Assembly: GCA_964588465.1 (NCBI GenBank)
Contig: CAZPPL010000003.1
Location: forward strand, 40,545-104,544
Reading direction: 5' to 3'
Length of the DNA stretch: 64,000 bases
DNA from: an uncultured Gammaproteobacteria bacterium
Lineage (GTDB): Bacteria; Patescibacteriota; Patescibacteriia; Patescibacteriales; UBA12465
Below the pieces are notes generated by a model. The model ran no database searches. It was not told the origin of the DNA and saw nothing but the letters and a program-made list of their open reading frames with translations. How positions within the stretch are numbered: position 1 is the first letter of the stretch; every line of letters begins with the position of its first letter. Position numbers and translations under genes: made by a program. Positions 39,047 through 47,987 of this stretch are shown here, piece after piece.

Positions 39047-40297
39047 ATGGCAAAAATTAAAAATATTAGCGCTAGAGAAATTTTAAATTCACGCGGTTTA
39101 CCTACTATTGAAGTGCAAGTATTTTTAGATAATGGTTTACAGGATATAGCTAGTGTGCCGAGTGGTTCCATTTTTGGAGAATATGAAGCTTGGGATTTAC
39201 AAGATGGTGATAGTAGGCGATATAGTGGTAAAGGGGTTCTGAAAGCAATTAGAAAAATTAAGGAGATTATTAGTCCCGCTTTAATCGGACAGAAGGTAAC
39301 TGAACAAGAAGCTATTGATCAAATACTCATTAATTTAGATGGTACTAGTCATAAAAGTAATTTAGGCAGTAATGCTACTTTAGCAGTTTCTTTAGCAATA
39401 GCGCGAGTGGCGGCTAAAAGCAAAAAACAAGAGTTGTTTGTTTATTTACAAAAGACCTTTTCCTTAAATTCAGCTAAAATTCCTCAGCCTCTTTTTAATA
39501 TGTTTAATGGAGGCAAATATGCTGATACCAATTTAGATTTTCAGGAGTTTTTATTAATTCCCAAATTAGGTAGTGCTGGGGAGATGATTAGACTAGGGGC
39601 AGAAGTTTTTAAGGAATTAGGGAACGTTTTACATGAATCTGGCTATGATACGGATACTGGGGCGGAGGGTGGTTATGCTCCTAATCTAGATTCTAGCTTG
39701 GAAGCTTTGGAATTTATTTTAGCTGCAGCACTACGAGCAGGATATAATCCAGGGAAAGATTTATATCTAGGTATTGATGTCGGATCTTCAGTTTTGTATG
39801 AAGAGGAAGAAAAGAAATATATTTTTCCTTTAGATCAAGCCTATTTTAGTTCGGATAATCTCATGGGTTTATATACTGAATGGCTTAAAAAATATCCCTT
39901 AATATATTTGGAAGACGGACTAGCTTCCAATGACTGGTCAGCTTGGAAAGAATTAACTGCAGCGTTAGGAGCTAAGATGTTAATTGTTGGTGATGATTTG
40001 TTTACGACGAATATTTCTCGTTTAAGCCAAGGGATAAAAGAAAAAGCTGCTAATGCTATAATTATTAAACCTAGCCAAACTGGGACTTTGAGTGAAACTG
40101 TAGCTTGTTTAAAATTAGCTCAGAGACATAATTATAAAATTATTATTTCTCAACGTAGTGGGGAGACTAATGATGATTTTATTGTGGATTTAGCTGTGGC
40201 TAGCGGAGCTGATTATTTGAAAGCTGGTTCATTATCACGCGGTGAGCGGGTTACTAAATATAATCGTTTAATGAAAATAGCTGATCTTATTAAATAG
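39047..40297 (+). CDS. eno: Enolase
   Basis: ISAREILNSRGLPTIEV, SGETNDDFIVDLAV, and IIKPSQTGTLSE in place of the IKxNQIGT motif. Confidence 0.95.
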   Translation: MAKIKNISAREILNSRGLPTIEVQVFLDNGLQDIASVPSGSIFGEYEAWDLQDGDSRRYSGKGVLKAIRKIKEIISPALIGQKVTEQEAIDQILINLDGTSHKSNLGSNATLAVSLAIARVAAKSKKQELFVYLQKTFSLNSAKIPQPLFNMFNGGKYADTNLDFQEFLLIPKLGSAGEMIRLGAEVFKELGNVLHESGYDTDTGAEGGYAPNLDSSLEALEFILAAALRAGYNPGKDLYLGIDVGSSVLYEEEEKKYIFPLDQAYFSSDNLMGLYTEWLKKYPLIYLEDGLASNDWSAWKELTAALGAKMLIVGDDLFTTNISRLSQGIKEKAANAIIIKPSQTGTLSETVACLKLAQRHNYKIIISQRSGETNDDFIVDLAVASGADYLKAGSLSRGERVTKYNRLMKIADLIK

Positions 40298-40317
40298 AGT
40301 TTATATTAAATAGATTT

Positions 40318-41229
40318 ATGATTATTGAAAAATCACTTGATTCCGAGTCAACGCCTGACCCCCTGCCTAAAGGTCCGGTAGTTTTATTATTACTTGATGG
40401 TTGGGGCATAGATTCAGCCAGTGGAGTTAATGCCTTAACCAATGCGAATATTCCTAATTTTTCCAATCTAATTAATGAATTTCCAGTAGCCTTGCTTAAG
40501 GTTGGAGCTAGTAATTGGAATTCTCGTTATTTAAGTATCGGTGCGGGGCGAGAATCTGTTACTGAGAATTTAAAACCAAATATTACTTTAAGTTCTATTT
40601 TATCTTCGGCTAATAAAAAACAATTGAAAATTGCTGAAACGGAACGTTTTGCCGCCTTAAGTTATTTTTTTAATGGGCAACAAGAAATTAAATATCCTGG
40701 AGAAGAATGGAAAATTATTTCTTCTGAAGCTAACCAGCCAGCTAGTGGATCGCTATTGGCTTTGAAACAAACAGTTGGAGAAACTGTTAAAGCTATAAAA
40801 GCCACCGAGGCTTGGGATTTTATAGTAGTATCTATTCCTTTTCTTAGTTTAATAGCTGAAACTGGAGATTTTTTGAATATTAAGAAAGCTACAGAGACTT
40901 TGGATAGAAATTTATCTACCATTTTGGGAGCGATAAATACTCAAGAAGGAATATTAATAATTTCCGCAGCTGGAGGCGGAGCAGAGAGGTCTCACAACTC
41001 TGAACTAGATTTAATTGATAATTCTAAAATTGATAGGCTGGTACCAGTGATAATCGTGGGAGCAGAGTTTGCAGGGAAAACTATTGGTTTTGCTGACCCT
41101 TTAAATAATGATTTGAGTTTACTAGCTCCAGTTGGTAGTTTGGCAGATTTAGCTCCTACTATTTTACAAATTATGAAGTTGGCTCAACCTAAAGAGATGA
41201 CTGGTCAGAGTTTACTTAATAGAAAATAA
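40318..41229 (+). CDS. Domain-deleted homologue of cofactor-independent phosphoglycerate mutase (phosphatase domain only, metal ligands largely substituted)
   Basis: The N-terminus VVLLLLDGWGI...NANIPNF...LSIGAGR and C-terminus LKIAETERF...LADLAPTILQIMKLAQPKEMTGQSLL align by eye with iPGM ends. The protein is 303 aa against ~510 aa for iPGM. Confidence 0.7.
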   Translation: MIIEKSLDSESTPDPLPKGPVVLLLLDGWGIDSASGVNALTNANIPNFSNLINEFPVALLKVGASNWNSRYLSIGAGRESVTENLKPNITLSSILSSANKKQLKIAETERFAALSYFFNGQQEIKYPGEEWKIISSEANQPASGSLLALKQTVGETVKAIKATEAWDFIVVSIPFLSLIAETGDFLNIKKATETLDRNLSTILGAINTQEGILIISAAGGGAERSHNSELDLIDNSKIDRLVPVIIVGAEFAGKTIGFADPLNNDLSLLAPVGSLADLAPTILQIMKLAQPKEMTGQSLLNRK

Positions 41230-41279
41230 GTAAACTAGAAGTAGTGTATAGGACTAGTCTCTATAAAGGTTATTAGTAT

Positions 41280-41711
41280 TTAAAGTAAGTAGAAAATTAC
41301 TAGACTAGTAGCTACTCCAATTAAGGAGCCAATTACTACCTGTAAAGGAGTGTGGCCGATATGTTCTAATAATTTTGGATAGCTACGATCTAAAAATTCA
41401 TCTTCTTTTAGATCTTTTACTAAAATATTTAAAGTTTTTCCGTGTTGACCTAAATAATTTCTCAAGCCGATAGCATCTACAATAACAATCATAGCGAAAA
41501 CTACTGCGGTAGCAAAAATTGGAGAATTTAGACCTAATTTTAAACCTAATATTGTCACTAAAGCTATAACTACTGCGGTATGCCCTGAGGGCATATCAGA
41601 GTAAGCAAAAACATCGTGCCAAGTAATTTTATGCTTAAAAGATCTGAGGCTTACTTTTAAACCTTGAGCTAAAATAAAGGCTGCTATTGGGCAAAATAGA
41701 TAAATATACAT
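41280..41711 (-). CDS. Divergent PAP2 family (DUF212) membrane protein
   Basis: SDMPSGHTAVVIALV, VDAIGLRNYLGQHG and EHIGHTPLQVVIGSLIG match the divergent-PAP2 signature. Confidence 0.75.
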   Translation of the reverse strand: MYIYLFCPIAAFILAQGLKVSLRSFKHKITWHDVFAYSDMPSGHTAVVIALVTILGLKLGLNSPIFATAVVFAMIVIVDAIGLRNYLGQHGKTLNILVKDLKEDEFLDRSYPKLLEHIGHTPLQVVIGSLIGVATSLVIFYLL

Positions 41712-41731
41712 ATTATTGATATCTAATTTTA

Positions 41732-43795
41732 CTAAACATCCAAATTCTGAACTTTTTTAGCATGAGTTTGAATAAAGTTTTTACGAGGAGCAACATTGTC
41801 ACCCATTAGCATGTCAAAAATTTGATCTGCTTTAGCAGCATCTTCAACGGTTATTTGTTTAACCACCCGCCGCTCTGGATCCATGGTAGTTTCCCATAAT
41901 TGACTTGGGTTCATTTCTCCCAAACCTTTGTAACGTTGAATGCTAATTTTAGGAGTTTTTTTCTTATTATCGGTTGCTTCAATTTTTTTATTCTTATTTT
42001 TTTTGAGTTTAGCCGATGTTTCAGTTTCTGAATTATCATTTTCACCATCTTCTGGTTCATCTTCCACATTTTCTTCAGTAGCGTCAGCTACCACTCCACC
42101 TAATTCACTAATAATTTTATCCTTTTCTCCATCGCTATAAGCATAGCGGATAGTTGTTCCTTTTTTTAATTGATATAAAGGGGGCTGGGCAATATACATG
42201 TGTCCGCCCGCTACTAGTGGATAGAAATGACGAAAGAACAAAGTTAGAAGTAGGGTGCCAATATGAGCTCCATCTACATCCGCATCAGTCATAATAATAA
42301 TACGATGGTATCTTAATTTTTCTATATTAAATTGATCATCAATATTTGTCCCTAAAGCAATTACTAAATTTTTTATTTCATTATTAGCTAACATTTTATC
42401 TAACCGGGCTCGTTCTACATTCAAAATTTTACCACGTAAGGGAAGAATCGCTTGAAAACGACGGTTACGACCTTGTTTAGCACTGCCTCCAGCAGAATCA
42501 CCCTCTACAATATATAATTCACATTCTTCTGGATGACGACTAGAGCAGTCAGCCAGTTTACCTGGCAAAGTGAGACCTTCTAAAGCTCCTTTACGCAGAA
42601 TTGTGGCTCTAGCGCTACGAGCAGCTAAACGTGCTTGAGCAGAGAGCAAGCATTTTCCGATGATGGCTTCCGCTTCCTTAGGGTGCTCTTCTAAGAAAGT
42701 ATTAAAACTTTCTCCAAAAACATTTTCCACATAAGTTCTCATTTCAGTATTACCCAATTTGACTTTAGTCTGTCCTTCAAACTGTGGTTCTGGTAACTTA
42801 ACACTAATAATAGCGGTCAGTCCTTCTCGGACATCATCACCAGTTAAATTATCTTGTTTTTCTTTTAGTAGATTTTTATTCCGAGCATAATTATTTAAAG
42901 TTCTAGTTAAAGCAGTTCTAAAGCCAACTAAATGCGTTCCACCATCAGGATTATTAATATTATTAGCGAAAGTTAATACAGTTTCATTGTATTCATCGTT
43001 GTATTGTAAAGATATTTCTATTTTACAATCATGAATATCTTTATCAATATAAAATATGGTTTCATTTCTAACTGTTTTATTGCGGTGCAGGGATTTGATA
43101 TAAGATTTGATGCCTCCCTCAAAATAGAATTTATATTTTTTAGGACGATGACCTGGTCGTTTATCAGCAATATTAATGGTGATGCCCTTGGTTAAATAGG
43201 CTTGTTGTCTTAGGCGGTCTAGGATTTTTCCCCAATTATATTCTAAATCTGTAAAAATTGTTTTATCCACTTTAAAAGTAATGATAGTACCTGTGCCTTT
43301 AGCTGGACCAATAGCTTTAGCGGCTTTTAAGGCTTTGCCTATATGATATTCTTGAACCCAAGCTTTACCATCACGATGTACTTCTGCCTTTAGATATTCA
43401 CTTAAAGCATTAACAACTGATACTCCGACGCCGTGTAAACCACCAGATACTTTATAACCCTTTCCACCAAATTTAGCCCCAGCGTGTAATTCAGTCAAAA
43501 CAGTCTCTAGGGCAGAAACTCCAGTCACTTTATGTTTATCAACTGGGATACCTCGTCCGTTATCTTTCACTTCTACCAGACCATCAGGCAGTAGTGTGAG
43601 AGAGATCTCGGTGGCGTATCCAGCCATAGCTTCATCAATAGAATTATCCACTACTTCCCAGATTAAGTGATGTAGACCAGTGCTGGAAGTTGAGCCAATA
43701 TACATACCAGGACGTCTGCGTACTGGCTCTAGGCCCTTTAAGACGGTTATTTGGTCTGCTCCATAATTACTGATTTTTTTGGTATTTTTAGCCAT
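41732..43795 (-). CDS. gyrB: DNA gyrase subunit B
   Basis: YGADQITVLKGLEPVRRRPGMYIG, GGLHGVG, EGDSAGG, PLRGKILNVE and QRYKGLGEMNP. Confidence 0.96.
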   Translation of the reverse strand: MAKNTKKISNYGADQITVLKGLEPVRRRPGMYIGSTSSTGLHHLIWEVVDNSIDEAMAGYATEISLTLLPDGLVEVKDNGRGIPVDKHKVTGVSALETVLTELHAGAKFGGKGYKVSGGLHGVGVSVVNALSEYLKAEVHRDGKAWVQEYHIGKALKAAKAIGPAKGTGTIITFKVDKTIFTDLEYNWGKILDRLRQQAYLTKGITINIADKRPGHRPKKYKFYFEGGIKSYIKSLHRNKTVRNETIFYIDKDIHDCKIEISLQYNDEYNETVLTFANNINNPDGGTHLVGFRTALTRTLNNYARNKNLLKEKQDNLTGDDVREGLTAIISVKLPEPQFEGQTKVKLGNTEMRTYVENVFGESFNTFLEEHPKEAEAIIGKCLLSAQARLAARSARATILRKGALEGLTLPGKLADCSSRHPEECELYIVEGDSAGGSAKQGRNRRFQAILPLRGKILNVERARLDKMLANNEIKNLVIALGTNIDDQFNIEKLRYHRIIIMTDADVDGAHIGTLLLTLFFRHFYPLVAGGHMYIAQPPLYQLKKGTTIRYAYSDGEKDKIISELGGVVADATEENVEDEPEDGENDNSETETSAKLKKNKNKKIEATDNKKKTPKISIQRYKGLGEMNPSQLWETTMDPERRVVKQITVEDAAKADQIFDMLMGDNVAPRKNFIQTHAKKVQNLDV

Positions 43796-44055
43796 ATTGC
43801 TAGTTTATAAAATAAAAAATTCCCGATTTATGGGGGGTATTTCTATGTAATTTTAATTATATTATCTAATATTATTTTAGCAAAAAATATGTATTTTGGC
43901 AATTATCAGATTAATACTCTACAATATTGGATTATTTGAGATTAATTTCAATATTAAGTTTAGTAATTTAATTATTAAATAATAATTTTCATCTAAAATC
44001 AAATAGATTCCTACAGCCCTTTTTTTTCTTTAAAAATCATGTTAATATAAAATAT

Positions 44056-44985
44056 ATGTCTAAAATTTTAGTAACTGGCGGAGCTGGTTTTATCGGTTCA
44101 ACGCTGGTAGATAAATTAATTTCTGCTGGAAACGAAGTAGTTGTTATTGATGATCTATCATCAGGGCGAAAAGACTATTTGAACCCGAGGGTTAAATTTT
44201 ATCAATTAGATATCAGTTCCTCAAGAGTGACGGAGATATTTAAGTCTGAGAGGTTTGATTTGGTCTATCATTTAGCAGCCCAGATTGAGGTCAGTAAATC
44301 TATGACTGATCCTCTGCGAGATAACCGAATTAATGTTTTGGGGGCCTGGAATATTTTAGAAAATTGTCGGCTTAATCAGATCCAGAAAATACTTTTTTCT
44401 TCTACTGGTGGGGCGATTTATGGGGAAGCAGAAGAAATACCTACTACAGAATCAGCTCCAACCTATCCAGTATCTTTTTATGGTATTCATAAATTGACTT
44501 TTGAAAAATATTTGAATTGTTATTATCAAGCCTATGGTCTAGATTATACTACTCTGCGTTTTGCTAATGTTTATGGTCCACGTCAGTTTAAAGGTGGTGA
44601 GGCTGGAGTTATCGCTATTTTTATTGACAATGCGGTTAAGGGTTTAGAAAGCACACAATATGGTGATGGGCGACAGACTCGTGATTTTGTATATGTTGAT
44701 GATGTAGTTGAGGCTTTCTATTTAGCCAAAGATATTGCTTGCCAGGGGGAGATAAACATTAGTTCAGCTCTAGAAACTAATCTGTTAGATATTCGTCGTG
44801 ATATTGAGAAAGCTTTAGGACGAGCAATGTTATTAAGAGAAGCACCAGCTAAACCTGGAGAACAACGGCGGAGTTGTCTAAGTCATAAACGGGCTGAAGC
44901 AGTTTTGAATTGGCGCCCCAAGATAGATTTAGAGGAGGGAATCCGACGAACAATTGAGTGGACAGAAAATAATATTTCTCGTTAG
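44056..44985 (+). CDS. NAD-dependent epimerase/dehydratase (GalE-like SDR)
   Basis: ILVTGGAGFIGS Rossmann motif and YGIHK matching the YxxxK catalytic motif; 309 aa. Confidence 0.85.
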   Translation: MSKILVTGGAGFIGSTLVDKLISAGNEVVVIDDLSSGRKDYLNPRVKFYQLDISSSRVTEIFKSERFDLVYHLAAQIEVSKSMTDPLRDNRINVLGAWNILENCRLNQIQKILFSSTGGAIYGEAEEIPTTESAPTYPVSFYGIHKLTFEKYLNCYYQAYGLDYTTLRFANVYGPRQFKGGEAGVIAIFIDNAVKGLESTQYGDGRQTRDFVYVDDVVEAFYLAKDIACQGEINISSALETNLLDIRRDIEKALGRAMLLREAPAKPGEQRRSCLSHKRAEAVLNWRPKIDLEEGIRRTIEWTENNISR

Positions 44986-45054
44986 TTTTAATATTCATAG
45001 TAATAATATTATTTATTAAGTTTTACTAATTTCCGTTAAAAATATACAAAAATT

Positions 45055-45795
45055 ATGAAAAATATGATTATGGCCAATTGGAAAATGCAATTAAGTATTA
45101 AGGATGGATTGGTTTTAGCTAAGCAGATAGCTAAGCAAATAAAAAATTCTAAGTCAGAAGTAGTAATTTGTCCAGATTATGCTTCTTTGCCCTTTATTGG
45201 TCCAGTATTAAAAAAATCTTTTGTGGCTTTAGGAGCTCAAGATAGTGCCGTTACCGAGTATGGTGCTTACACTGGAGAAGTCTCACCAGTTAATTTAAAA
45301 AGTTTAGGAGTGAGTTATGTTATTATTGGTCATAGTGAACGGCGGGAACATTTGCATGAAAATTCTGCGATTATTAATGCTAAAATTAAAGCAGCGTTAG
45401 GACAAAAATTAATTCCAATTTTATGTATTGGTGAAAAATTAACTGAGAGAAATAATGGAGAAACCAAAAAATATTTAAGTTCAGAATTAAGACGAGCTTT
45501 GAAGGGGGTCAAAATATCTAATTCTAATAGCTTAATAATTGCCTATGAACCAATTTGGGCTATTAGTACTAATCGTTCCGCTAAGCCGATACTAGCAGAG
45601 GAGGCCGATGAGGTCCAAAGCTTTATTAAGCAACGAGCGTTTAAGATTCTAAAAAAAACAGTACGAATTTTATATGGTGGTAGCGTTAACATCCGGAACG
45701 CTGAAGGCTTTTTAGCACAACAAAATATTAATGGTTTACTTATTGGAGCAGCCTCTCTCAATTTTAAAGACTTTAGTTTTATATGTTCAATATAA
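45055..45795 (+). CDS. tpiA: Triosephosphate isomerase
   Basis: ANWKM, GHSERR, AYEPIWAI and YGGSV, the canonical TIM motifs. Confidence 0.93.
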   Translation: MKNMIMANWKMQLSIKDGLVLAKQIAKQIKNSKSEVVICPDYASLPFIGPVLKKSFVALGAQDSAVTEYGAYTGEVSPVNLKSLGVSYVIIGHSERREHLHENSAIINAKIKAALGQKLIPILCIGEKLTERNNGETKKYLSSELRRALKGVKISNSNSLIIAYEPIWAISTNRSAKPILAEEADEVQSFIKQRAFKILKKTVRILYGGSVNIRNAEGFLAQQNINGLLIGAASLNFKDFSFICSI

Positions 45796-46586
45796 TTTCG
45801 ATTATTATAATTATTATAGCGGCTTTGGCTATTTTAATAATTATTATTAAAAAATTTCCAGTTTTAGCAATTTTGAATGTAGCTAATATTCCTGGAGAAA
45901 AGGAAGCTGAATTTAAGCATAAAATTATTAAAGCTCGGGTAGAGCGTGATCTAAGTCGTTGGAGTGGATTCTTCGGCCGTATTTATTTATTCATTTATAA
46001 ACATTGGTTGGCTTTTCTACATTCGCAACGATCTAGTTTGGAGAAAGTAAAAACTAGTTATAATGCTAATATTAAAATTCCTTGGCAAGAAAGACAAAAA
46101 CGCATTAAAAAATTATCTCTAGCTGCTCAGGAATCTTTACAGCAAGAAGATGATAGTTTAGCTGAGAAGAAATTAGTAGAGATTATTAGTTTAGACAAAA
46201 AAAATTTAGAAGCTTTCTTCCGTTTAGGTGAGTTATATGCAGAACAAAAAAAATGGTCTGAAGCTCGTCAAACCTATAATTATGCTTTAAAATTAATTAA
46301 AGGAACTAATTCTGAGGAGGTCTCTCCCACTATATCATTACAAGAGATTTATTTTGCTTTAGCCAATTTAGAAAAAAATGCTGAAAATTTAACAGTCTCA
46401 CTGGAGAATATTAGAGAAGCTCTAGAATTGGAGCCTAATAGCCCCCGCTATCTTGATTTAATTCTGGATTTAAGTATAATGATGAAAGAAAAAGTTATAG
46501 CCCAAGAATTTTGGGATAGATTAGAAAAGGTTAATCCCGAAAATAATAAATTAGTTCAATGGCGAGAAAGGATTAAGAAATTATGA
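45783..46586 (+). CDS. Membrane-anchored TPR-repeat protein
   Basis: N-terminal TM helix IISIIIIIIAALAILIIII, and TPR-like helices (AFFRLGELYAEQKKWSEARQTYNYALKL). Overlaps the tpiA end by 13 nt. Confidence 0.6.
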   Translation: MFNIISIIIIIIAALAILIIIIKKFPVLAILNVANIPGEKEAEFKHKIIKARVERDLSRWSGFFGRIYLFIYKHWLAFLHSQRSSLEKVKTSYNANIKIPWQERQKRIKKLSLAAQESLQQEDDSLAEKKLVEIISLDKKNLEAFFRLGELYAEQKKWSEARQTYNYALKLIKGTNSEEVSPTISLQEIYFALANLEKNAENLTVSLENIREALELEPNSPRYLDLILDLSIMMKEKVIAQEFWDRLEKVNPENNKLVQWRERIKKL

Positions 46587-46619
46587 TATTATATTTTACA
46601 TCTAGCTAAGTTAATTACT

Positions 46620-46692
46620 GCCGTTGTAGCTCAGTTGGTAGAGCGTCTCCATGGTAAGGAGAAGGTCATCGGTCCGATCCCGGTCAACGGCT
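46620..46692 (+). tRNA. tRNA-Thr (anticodon GGU)
   Basis: GCCGTTG TA GCTC AGTTGGTA GAGC G TCTCC ATGGTAA GGAGA AGGTC ATCGG TCCGATC CCGGT CAACGGC T. Confidence 0.88.
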
Positions 46693-46717
46693 CATAGTAG
46701 TGAGAGTATTTATATTC

Positions 46718-46764
46718 TTGCTTTTTTATAGAAAGTTAACTATAATAATTTTACTTATAGTTAA
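46718..46764 (+). promoter_or_regulatory. Putative suf-operon promoter (TTGCTT-17-TATAAT) overlapped by a 10-9-10 perfect inverted repeat
   Basis: TTGCTT at 46718-46723 and TATAAT at 46741-46746. Inverted repeat TTAACTATAA (46736-46745) N9 TTATAGTTAA (46755-46764). Confidence 0.5.
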
Positions 46765-46793
46765 GACAATCTTTTTTTTATTCTTAATTTCTT

Positions 46794-47192
46794 ATGTTTC
46801 AGATAAAAGCTAGAGTTGATTATGGTTTGTTAATTATGTTTGAACTGGCCAAAAATCCTCTTAGTATTACTCCAGTTAGCAATATTGCTAAGAGGATGGG
46901 AGTTTCTTCGGCCTATTTGATTCAGATTGCTCGCCTATTATCTGCAGCTAATCTAATCAAGAGTAAAGAAGGGGCGGGCGGTGGCTATTATTTGACTAGA
47001 GCTCCCAGTCGTATTTCGGTTTTAGAGATTATTGAAGCTTTGGAGGGCAAGATCAAACTCAATTGTGCTCTGGATAGAAATTATAAATGTCCACAGGCTA
47101 AGAATTGCCAAGTTCGCAGTGTATGGGACAAGATCCTTCCAGATTTAAAAATAGTTTTGAAAAAAAGAAGTTTAGCTTCTCTATTAAAATAA
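46794..47192 (+). CDS. Rrf2 family transcriptional regulator (IscR/SufR-like role inferred)
   Basis: The N-terminal wHTH RVDYGLLIMFELAK...ISNIAKRMGVSSAYLIQIARLL..LIKSKEGAGGGY is typical of Rrf2. It is the first gene of the suf cluster. Confidence 0.85.
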   Translation: MFQIKARVDYGLLIMFELAKNPLSITPVSNIAKRMGVSSAYLIQIARLLSAANLIKSKEGAGGGYYLTRAPSRISVLEIIEALEGKIKLNCALDRNYKCPQAKNCQVRSVWDKILPDLKIVLKKRSLASLLK

Positions 47193-47229
47193 ATAATTAA
47201 AATGAACCGCTGTAAGCGGAAAATGTTAT

Positions 47230-47985
47230 ATGTCTAATATTTTAGAGATAAAAAATTTAAGTGTTTTTGTTGGTTCCAAGAAAATTTTGGATAAAATTAA
47301 TCTAGTCATTAAAAGTGGAGAGATTTGTGTTATTATGGGACCGAATGGATCAGGGAAAAGTACTTTGGCTAATACTTTAATGGGGCATCCTGATTATCGT
47401 ATATCTTCTGGTAGGATTATTTTTAAGCAAATTGATATTACTAAAAAGAAACCCGAGGAGCGTGCTGCTTTAGGATTATTTATGACTTTTCAAAATCCTC
47501 GGGAGATAGCCGGCCTAGATTTCTATCCTTTTTTATTTGATGCTTATAAAGCTTTACAGATTGCTAAAAACAAACCAGCGCTAGATGTATTTGAATTTAA
47601 ATCATTGCTGGATGAAGAGGCATCTCGGTTAAAAATTTCTTCAGATTGGAGTAATAGGAGTCTTAATCAAGGATTTTCTGGAGGAGAAAAGAAGAAATCA
47701 GAAATGTTACAACTAGCTTTGTTTAAGCCCAGTTTAGCTATTTTTGATGAAATTGATTCGGGTTTAGATATTGATGCTCTAGATATAGTGGGACGAGCTC
47801 TAAAACGTTTTAAAACTCCTCATACCAGCGCTTTAATAATTACTCATTATCAAAAGATACTAAAACATGTTAAGCCTAATCGGGTTATAGTGATGAATAA
47901 AGGCAAAATTATTAAGAGTGGTACTTATAAGTTAGCTTTAAAGTTAGAACGAGAAGGATTTAATAAGATTGTTAGCACTGACTAA
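47230..47985 (+). CDS. sufC: Fe-S cluster assembly ATPase SufC
   Basis: GPNGSGKSTLANTLMGHP, GFSGGEKKK and LAIFDEIDSGLDIDAL. Confidence 0.94.
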   Translation: MSNILEIKNLSVFVGSKKILDKINLVIKSGEICVIMGPNGSGKSTLANTLMGHPDYRISSGRIIFKQIDITKKKPEERAALGLFMTFQNPREIAGLDFYPFLFDAYKALQIAKNKPALDVFEFKSLLDEEASRLKISSDWSNRSLNQGFSGGEKKKSEMLQLALFKPSLAIFDEIDSGLDIDALDIVGRALKRFKTPHTSALIITHYQKILKHVKPNRVIVMNKGKIIKSGTYKLALKLEREGFNKIVSTD

Positions 47986-47987
47986 TT

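Noticed and set aside
43796-44055. Possible oriC in the 260-bp AT-rich divergent region upstream of gyrB. The same was considered for 28571-28702, where gene orientation flips from mostly minus to mostly plus, and for 19154-19300 upstream of dnaB.
   Set aside because: I found no TTATCCACA-type DnaA boxes; the best matches (TTATCAGAT, TTATCTAAT) are only 6/9. No dnaA or dnaN gene is in the window. Cumulative GC-skew analysis over the whole genome would be the proper test.
32145-45761. Other short antisense or overlapping-frame ORFs in the track (32145-32396, 37201-37398, 38359-38541, 38545-38862, 40662-40922, 41940-42140, 45330-45512, 45543-45761). The same applies to 22140-22412, 56860-57051, 60680-60943, 62104-62316 and 62933-63214.
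   Set aside because: Each is fully contained within, or out of frame with, a much longer CDS that has clear conserved motifs. I treated them as shadow ORFs.
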